DNA of 64,000 nt, from NCBI RefSeq assembly GCF_009914755.1, contig NC_060935.1. One strand, given 5' to 3'. Each line of letters begins with the position of its first letter. The stretch's first letter is position 1. This document shows positions 55,490 through 64,000 of the stretch, piece after piece. This stretch comes from the human T2T-CHM13v2.0 reference genome, Homo sapiens. Under the pieces are notes generated by a model that saw nothing but the letters and a program-made list of their open reading frames with translations, searched no databases and was not told the origin of the DNA. Position numbers and translations under genes: made by a program.

Positions 55490-55948
55490 CTAACTCAAAG
55501 AAGCCAGTGGCAAAGGAGCACATACTCTATCATTCTGTTTGTATGAAACATCTAAAATAGGCAAATCTATAGGGAAATAAGAATCCTTCTATTTCCAGAA
55601 AATAGATTAGCAGTTGTCTACGGCTGGGAGTGGGAATGGGGAGTGACAGCTTAGTGGAAGCCACCGTCACATGTTGCATAGAGGACCGTGTCAGCCGCCT
55701 CACTGGTCTCCACACTCCTGTTTCCTGACAAAGCATTCTGCAGTCCTCTGCTGAAGGTCTGATGGAGTGAGCCAGGAGTAGGCAAACAGCCCAATAGGTG
55801 TGGAGGGTGGTTAGTCCTTGAGAAATCATATGAACAATGCAGGGGTTCGGGATGCAGATACATCTAGGAGGTAGGGGCATGTGTGTGGACAGATTTGACG
55901 GTGGTGAGAAGGCAGGGGCCAGCTGAGCCTTCGGGGTGTATCTGACTA

Positions 55949-56348
<400 letters not shown>

Positions 56349-56614
56349 TCACCCCTGATTAAAATCCCTTTCCCACTGCAAGGATGGCAGCAGATGACAG
56401 TGTTCCACAGCAGGTGCCAGGAGGGAAGTGAACAGAAATATCTCAAGGCTTCTTGCCTGAAAGGATCCTAAGGCCACAACCAACAGGGGCATCTATGCAG
56501 ACAGCCACCTAGGCTGGTCACTCGCTGGGGGACAGCAAGATGAAGGGATCCCTAAGAGAGGACATCAAGAGACGCCTAAGGGAGTGGGGGATGGAGAGGA
56601 AAACTCAGAGTTCT

Positions 56615-57322
56615 ATAATAATTTGCCTTGCTTTCGTCCTTGGTTCCTGGGAGAGAGAACCTAAATCCTTGGAATTTCCCAAGTGATGTTAACATTTTTT
56701 GTTATTCATGATGAGCCCTAATAATTTACGCTATTAAATGTGAGGACTCACGGTGGGGCTTTAGTTTCAGGATGGGTAGTTTCAGGCTGGCCATGCAAAA
56801 AGACCGACCATGTGATTAGAGGGTTGGCACTTTGAACCCAGCAGAACCGAGTTCAACAATGTAGCCAATAGTTCAACCACGACAACATAATGAAACCCCA
56901 ATAAAAACTCTGGACACCAGGGCTTGGGTGACATTCCTGGCTGGTGATGCACATCCATGTGTTGGGAGGGTGACACGGTGGGCAGAGGACACGGTAGCTT
57001 CATGCTGGAGACTCTCCCAGACCTTGCCCATGCATCTCTTCTTTTAGCTGGTCCTGATTCATATCATTTTATTGCTACAGCAAAACCATAATAGTAAGCA
57101 TAGCTAGTGCTTTGCTGAGTTCTGGGAGTCATTCTAGTGAATGATCAAACCTGAGGGGTTTGTGAACACTCTTGAATTCATAGCTAGTTGGTCAGAAGTA
57201 CAGGTGGCTGGAAAACCCCAGAGCTTGCAGCTGGTGTCTGAAGTGAGGCAAGTCCTGTGGAATGTGCCATTAACTTGTGACATCTGGCCTAACGCTGGGT
57301 AGCTGGTGTTTGAATTACATTG
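56615..57322 (+). mobile_element. MER21C-like ERVL LTR
   Basis: ggttcctgggagagagaacctaaatccttggaatttcc...aatgaaaccccaataaaaactctggacacc...ttggtcagaagtacaggtggc. Confidence 0.8.
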
Positions 57323-57699
57323 CCCTGAGCCAGCAGATTTTGCGCCGCACTGGGAGAAGCTGTCTGCACCCACATGGCATGCTTTGCACAAGCACAAGCA
57401 GGAGGCCATGTTTTTGTATATCCTACCAGGCACTCTGGCTAAAAGCAGTCCAGAGAGCCAAGGAGAGCAGACCTAGAAAACATGGTGGGAGGCTGCTCTA
57501 TTTGCCTGTCTTGTTTAAAACAGGTACCCCCTCCCACACTGCTCTATCCCCAGGAACCTGGGGATGGTCTCAACACCCCATTGTGAGTTTGGTTTCTGGT
57601 GGGAACTAGCAGGTTGCCTATGATCCTATTTCTAACCCACTATGCCCTTCCACCTCCCAGACCTATCCCATCATAGCTGAAGGGTGGGGACGGTGAAAT

Positions 57700-58230
57700 T
57701 GGTGCTCAGGAGATATTAGAATTAAAGAGGGAAGTGCATTTTAAGAGAAGGGTTTTAGATGGAACTGGCAAAGAATTAGTGGCTAATTGGATTTGGGGAC
57801 TGGTGCGAGGGAGGAGTTAAGGGTGATTCCCAGGTCTCTGGTGATGCCATCTAAACTAAGGCAGGTAAGAGGACAGGAGCAACAGGCCCGGAGAGGGAGC
57901 TCCCAAGGGGAGACGATCACAGGCAGATGGATGTGAAGATAAGGAGCTCAAGGGGGAGATCAAGGTCAGAGACAGACTTGCGAGTCGTCAGCACACAGGT
58001 AGAGGCTTCCCAAGTTGGCCCAGCTCTCCCTCTGGGAGAGGGGCAGGATGCCAAGATGGAGCTCTGGGGGGCACCATGCTGGGGCCCTTCAAGGAGCCTG
58101 GAAGGAGGTCAGACAAGGAGATGCAGGAGGAGTTCATGGAATCAAAGCGAGTGAGGAGCTCAGAGTGGGCAATTCGGTTATCAAATGCAAAGACGTGTGA
58201 TACGAGGATTGAGAAAGTGCTCTGTGGGCT
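57700..58230 (-). mobile_element. L2 fragment
   Basis: ggaggagttaagggtgattcccaggtctctgg...ggagctcaaggggagatc, purine-rich antisense L2 pattern. Confidence 0.55.
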
Positions 58231-58696
58231 TATTAGGTTGGGCATGCCTAGCACAGAAAAAAACCAACTACCCAAAAGCTGCCTCCTGGAGCAGAAGAGC
58301 CAGTGCTGCCACCAGAAGGGGCACTGGGAGAGCCGGCCTCCCCCCTCTGCTGAGCACAAGCACCTCCCAGAGCTCACAGCAAACAAAATCCCTACGTGGG
58401 CAAGGAGCTGCTGCTTTTCATGGCAAGCCTTTAGTTCTTGATTTTTCATTTTGATTTTTTCTTATTCTTTTTTTAACCAGAGTCATTTGAGCAGAATAGT
58501 TCTTGATTTTTTAAATCATGTGCACATAGAACTTTGATAAAAATAGAAATTTAAGAAGCCCATTTTCTTATACTAATTACTGTATATGACTTAACACTAA
58601 ATCATATCTTTTAGCTGGCTCTAATCAGTATTTCAAAATAGATGCAGTTCATTTTAGGCACATTCCAACCTCCTTTGCTGTGTAACCCATTTCTCA

Positions 58697-59124
<428 letters not shown>

Positions 59125-59358
59125 TCAGAGAAATGTTAATCCTTTCTTTAGGCCTAAGAAAACACAGAAAAGGAAGAACTTCATCATCCTTCACCCTTGC
59201 CTGCCCAACTACGGCAGCAGTGTGGGATGCTACGCGGTTTCTTCAAGCTGCTCCCCGTCTTCCCAGCTGACACCTGTGGCATGTGGGCTAGTGCCTGGTC
59301 CCTTTGTGGTGCCTTCCTGGGTAACTGGGATTTCGTCAAACACCCACAAGACCAGGGG

Positions 59359-59456
59359 TCCTCTTCATCTGTCTCCCTGAATTAAAGTCAAAGATCAACA
59401 CTTCCTAAGTGTCACATTCCCGTCCCTTTATCTCGAGAAGCATCGTTTACAAGAAA
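59359..59456 (+). repeat. Local duplication, copy A (98 bp)
   Basis: Ungapped ~81/98 match to 61470-61567. Confidence 0.85.
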
Positions 59457-59460
59457 TATA

Positions 59461-59580
59461 AGCAGCCACACTATAGCCCGTGGGCTGAATGTGGCCTGCC
59501 ATAAGTTTTTGTATGACCTGTGAGTTAAGAATGGGCTTTACGTTGTTAAATAGTTGGGGGAAAATATCAAAATAATAATT
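59461..59580 (+). mobile_element. MER58B-like fragment (followed by an MLT1 5' stub at 59583-59651)
   Basis: actatagcccgtgggctgaatgtggcctgcc...tttttgtatgacctgtgagttaagaatgg. Confidence 0.65.
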
Positions 59581-59897
59581 AGTGTTAGGGACTGAATTGT
59601 GTCCACTTCCCTTCCCCGCTCAAAATTCATATATTGAAGCCCTAACCCTCAACAGATCTGCATTTAACAAGGTTTAGAAACCAGCGGGGGCCCCACCCCT
59701 GCCCGACTCCCATTTCAGAGAGGCTGGGTCCCACCTCTGTGGCCAGTGTCCTGGGCTAAACGGCCTGACGTGACGAGCAGATTCCCACACCTTGTCCTCC
59801 CTGCACATCCGGAGCAGCATCTGTTCCCAGACCATAGCACCCTGGGACCCCCAACACTGGATCTGACTCCAGACAAATCTGTCACACTGCTTTACTG

Positions 59898-60205
<308 letters not shown>

Positions 60206-61146
60206 TACCACGCTTCTAAACCCAGGTCCCTCTCAAGCTCAGATGGTAACTAATTACAAGCAGATGACATGACCTAATATTTGATATTTCTTATGGTGTG
60301 CTTAAATGTTCTATTAATTTTTAAAAGGCCATTCCATATTTACAAATAAAAGTTATTTAAAACGCAAACACATTTTTAAAAAATCATACTTTTATGGCTA
60401 ACGAATCAACATACAAGAGCATTTCAGCTTACTCTGCCTAGCTATAATCACATTCCCTGCACCCTTAAAAGCTGCAGATCAACTAGGTTATATGAGGTTG
60501 TTGTCCTGGTCCTTAAGCACCCCCATGAGTCAGTCGACACTAAAGAAGACAGTCCTTTTGCGGGGCACAGAGCCGCTGACCTCGGCTTGAGAAGGGTCTG
60601 GGAAGGTGCAGCAGGGCAGACATCTGCCCCAGTCTCCAATGTGGTGACCCCATATCCCAGGGAAGCTTAGGAATTCTCAAAAAGTCAACTGTCACTAGCT
60701 TGGTAGCTCCCAGTTCAGCAACCAACACAAAACCCAGCACTGAAGTGCTAAAGAATCACGAAGAACAGTAGGGCAGCATTTGTGACAAAGCCGGGCAGAC
60801 AGAACGACACAGCTGGTTCTCAGTCTAGCTCCAACGTGCCCGCCTGGGGAACAACAGTCCCGCCTCACACTTACTTGTCAGTAAACCACACAGCTAACTG
60901 AATTTTCCCAGCTAAAGAGAGCTCCCTGAGATGAGTGAATATCCCCAGATACCTTCAGCCTAGTAAATATTCAGTTTGCCAAATTAAAGACTAGATTTAC
61001 ATCTTGGAGGAGACCATATTTATATATGAGAATATGAGAATATAAATCATCTGTTACTTCTCCAAAATGTATCCTGACTAGCTCCTACTTTTCTACATTT
61101 TCCAGTTCTTTTATTTCCATCATCTGTTCCTCTAAGATTGTTCTCC

Positions 61147-61447
61147 TTTTTGTGAGACAGGGTCTCACTCTGTCACGAGGCTGGAGTGCAGTGGCACAAT
61201 CATGGCTCACTACAGTCTCAACCTCCTGGGCTCAGGTGATCCTCCTAGCTCAGCCTCCTGAGTAGCTGGGACCACAGGTGTGCGTGTGCCAACACACCCA
61301 GCTAATTTTTGTATTTTTTGTAGCAACAGGGTTTCACCACGTTGCCCAGGCTGGTCTCGAATTCCTGGGCTGAGGTGATCCGCCCGCCTCGGCCTTTTCG
61401 GCCTCTCAGAGTGCTGGGATTATAGGTGTGAGCCACCGCGCCCAGCC
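61147..61447 (-). mobile_element. AluJ
   Basis: Reverse-orientation Alu; flanked by ttctcc on both sides. Confidence 0.9.
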
Positions 61448-61469
61448 TCTTCTCCATTCTTGTGGGTAT

Positions 61470-61567
61470 TCCTGTTCATCTGTTTCCCTGAATTAATGTC
61501 AATTATCACTATTTCCTAAGTGTCACATTCTTGTTCCTTTTTCTTGACTAGCATGGTTTACTAGAAA
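61470..61567 (+). repeat. Local duplication, copy B (98 bp)
   Basis: Ungapped ~81/98 match to 59359-59456. Confidence 0.85.
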
Positions 61568-61641
61568 CAGAAATAACAGCAAAAATATTTAGGTCTTATA
61601 TAAACAAATATAGTCATCTCGTCTGTGCTTTCAAAGTTAAA

Positions 61642-61647
61642 TTTATT
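61642..61647 (-). terminator. Polyadenylation signal AATAAA of RPUSD4
   Basis: tttatt on the + strand. The minus-strand sequence downstream (tatatttgtttat...tttttgctgttatttctgtttc) is U/GU-rich. An ATTAAA at ~61954-61959 is a possible alternative signal. Confidence 0.7.
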
Positions 61648-62109
61648 ATGCACAGTAATGGGTACCATGGAGACAGGGAAAGGGCTAGAAAGTGGCATCA
61701 TCTATACAGAGGGAACATATAAAGACTGTCCCGGGGTGTACCCCCCTAACTGTGCTGTCACTCCAACTCTGTCAGAAAGAAAAAGTAGTGTGAGGTGTAT
61801 TTGTTTGCAAGAAACAAGGTGGAAACTAGATGGACCAGCTGAGCAGGGAGGCCAAGGTCATTTCCATCTATCCCTAATGGTGTTCAGTATAGCCCTCTCC
61901 TTCCTGAGACCTAAGAACAGAAGATACGCTTCCACAACAGAGATTTTTGATTTTTTAATGGCAGCACTCTCATAACTACATTCACGGACCAACCAAAGCC
62001 ATCTCCAAGCCTAGAAAGGATACATACTACACGCAGCGAAAATGCCAACCACTGATCCAGAATTTTCAAGATGGCACCTTTCCCCAAACTTCTATACCAT
62101 TCATTAAAC

Positions 62110-62385
62110 ATAGACTGCAAACTGCTAGCCTGTAGACCAAATTCAACCTCTAAGTATTATTTGCTTAGGTGCCTAAGCATCTTTAAAAATTTGATTTAGT
62201 TGGCAATACACTGGGAGGTTTCACATAAATATCTAGGTTTCCAGCTTCTCTGAAGAAATGAGAAAATCCATTCCCACATGGCAACAACCAGCTGGAGCTA
62301 ACAGCTGTTAGACAGCATGCTGCTCCCCGCTACTGCCTTACACCCAGCCAGCTTCATGTGTGCATGTTATCTGCCTGCCATTCAC
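62110..62385 (+). mobile_element. MER102-like hAT-Charlie element within the RPUSD4 3' UTR
   Basis: tttcacataaatatctaggtttccagcttctc...cattcccacatggcaacaaccagctggagct...gccttacacccagcc. Confidence 0.75.
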
Positions 62386-62872
62386 ATCGGTTCTCCTTGC
62401 TCAGCAAATGTCCCACCTCAACCTCACACTCAATACCCTTATACAGGTTCCCTAATCAGAGTTCAGTAGGGCACCCACACTATAGCTGGGCAATCCCTGG
62501 ATGCTGTGATATTTGTTAACCATTATGTTCTTTCCAACCACGGGAACCTTCCTAAGAGCTCAAGAGCTTCACTGCTGGATAAAAACAGTTCCTGATCCCG
62601 GATTCTGACCTTTAGTTTTCCTTTTCCAGTCACTGCCCCAGTCTGCCTGGCCCTGGGCTCTGTTCCATATTGGCAATGAGAGCCCACGGCAGGGAGACTT
62701 CCAGCAGGCTTTTCCACAGTGCAGCCAAACTATCAGTAAATAGACTTTGTTCTCCATTAAAAGCCCTGTAGCAGCTGAGTTGCTTTACCTTATCCCACCT
62801 GGCTCTTACGCAGTCTGTTCCAAGTGAGAAGTTAGCAGAGTCCTGTAAACAAAGAACAGTTCAGGGGCCAAC

Positions 62873-62960
62873 CTGCGCTCCCAGGTGCCAGGATGCTCTC
62901 AGGGTCTTCACTGTGCTCCCAGGTGCCAGGGTGCTCCCATGGTCTTCACTGTGCTCCCAG
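62873..62960. repeat. 38-bp tandem repeat (2.3 copies) spanning the RPUSD4 stop codon
   Basis: Units at 62873-62910 and 62911-62948, partial unit at 62949-62960. Confidence 0.9.
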
Positions 62961-63185
62961 ACACTTGGCTTCATTGTTCTCATTTTGATCCTCATTTGGC
63001 ATCTCTAAACGCAGGCGGTGCAGGGAATGCACAAAGAAGCGAGGAAGTTTGCAGACCAAGTTGAGTTCCTCCTTCCCGGACCCCAGGGCAGGCAGGATCA
63101 GCTGCCGGGCGTGCAGGTGAAGGGGGATGTAGCGGGCCTTCGACTGTTCTAGCCCCAGCTTCTTCAGGGTGCCCACAGACAGCTT
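62946..63185 (-). CDS. RPUSD4: RPUSD4 terminal coding exon (C-terminal 79 aa + TGA)
   Basis: Minus-strand acceptor cctttctttgtatag|AAG CTG TCT GTG. Translates KLSVGTLKKLGLEQSKARYIPLHLHARQLILPALGSGKEELNLVCKLPRFFVHSLHRLRLEMPNEDQNENNEAKCLGAQ*, with the RluA-type LHLHA-x-x-L motif. In frame with the upstream exon. Recognised as the human RPUSD4 C-terminus. Confidence 0.96.
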   Translation of the reverse strand, partial: KLSVGTLKKLGLEQSKARYIPLHLHARQLILPALGSGKEELNLVCKLPRFFVHSLHRLRLEMPNEDQNENNEAKCLGAQ

Positions 63186-63758
63186 CTATACAAAGAAAGG
63201 ACAGACCCTTGAGAGCAAGGCCAACAGTCCACCCTTGACGAACATGCAAGGTCAGGGCACTTCTACTTACAGGGAACCAAAACTAACCCCCTGGAAGACA
63301 CAGTAATGGAGAGTCTGCTTCAGTGGCATGTCTAAGAACGGCTCAGAACTCAGGTAAGGGAAAAATGACCACACCAAGACATTCTTTTTGGCCAGTGCTT
63401 TTTGGCCTAACAAGAGAATGGGCTGTGGTATAAGGATGAAAAGGCTTTCCCTGCGGTTTTTTAGTAGCACCATGAAAAGCTGCTCCCAGCCTTCAGAAAC
63501 ACCCCTCCCCTTGTCCACAGCCTCCCAACAAAATCTGAATAAACAAATGTAACAGTAAGCTTTTCACTAACAGATCCTGCAGTTCCACAAGGACAGTAAC
63601 CAACTGCTCCTAAATTTCTCTAAAATCAAGATAATGAGCTTGGTATCATGTCTGAAGACAATCAGTAGGCTTTGTTGTAACTCATTTCAGAGTTTTAAGA
63701 AAAGGAACGCCTAAGTTCTCTCCCGTATCTGCTGCACATTGGGTCAAATTAGTATTAC

Positions 63759-63856
63759 CTGGGGGGCCAACCTATTCCAGTCTGAGTACTTGTGATCACC
63801 AAGGATTGGACAATCCAATCCAAAAGACAAGTGAACTCGAAGCTGATGTTTTATTC
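63759..63856 (-). CDS. RPUSD4: RPUSD4 penultimate coding exon (98 nt)
   Basis: Acceptor ...ctctcttttaag|GA and donor CAG|gtaata. Translates (G)[32 protein letters not shown], with the RluA-family HQLRVH and PILGD-x-KY motifs. Phase-0 junction to the last exon across a 573-bp GT-AG intron (63186-63758). Confidence 0.96.
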
Positions 63857-64000
63857 CTTAAAAGAGAGAGAGAGAGAAAGAGAGAAAACTCGTGAGGAGC
63901 TACAGAAACAATACCAGTATTGGCATCTGCTTCAAATCGTGTTACATCAAAGTGCAGTAAACTGGCCAAGTCCCAACTATAATAAAGTATAACGAATAAT

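Larger units (their letters stand above)
61625..62945 (-). other. RPUSD4: RPUSD4 3' UTR (3' end approximate)
   Basis: Lies between the stop codon and a minus-strand AATAAA (61642-61647) that is followed by a U/GU-rich tract. Confidence 0.75.

Noticed and set aside
62992-63249. 85-aa alternative-frame ORF overlapping the last RPUSD4 exon
   Set aside because: Starts in the intron; a shadow frame of the real exon

Overview
This is human/primate genomic DNA, mostly intergenic and repeat-rich: about 34 Alu copies, several L1, L2 and MIR relics, MaLR/ERVL LTRs, and hAT/Tigger DNA-transposon fossils. The only protein-coding sequence I can support is at the right end, on the minus strand: the last two coding exons and the ~1.3-kb 3' UTR of RPUSD4, a mitochondrial RluA-family pseudouridine synthase. 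From recall, unverified here, this places the window at 11q24.2 in the CDON-RPUSD4 interval. The other ORF-track entries look like chance ORFs in GC-rich DNA or translations of repeats. I found no convincing new multi-gene system. The best second-look items are: (i) a tailless 35-nt U2 snRNA retrocopy with a target-site duplication inside a MIR; (ii) two compact transcription-factor motif clusters that look like enhancers (AP-1/FOX/TCF/perfect DR1 at ~7.4 kb; SOX/tandem octamer/TEAD at ~19.65 kb); (iii) two old ungapped ~100-bp local duplications, one next to an apparent micro-inversion; (iv) a 38-bp tandem repeat spanning the RPUSD4 stop codon. Repeat subfamily names were assigned by eye from remembered consensus sequences, and repeat boundaries are approximate.
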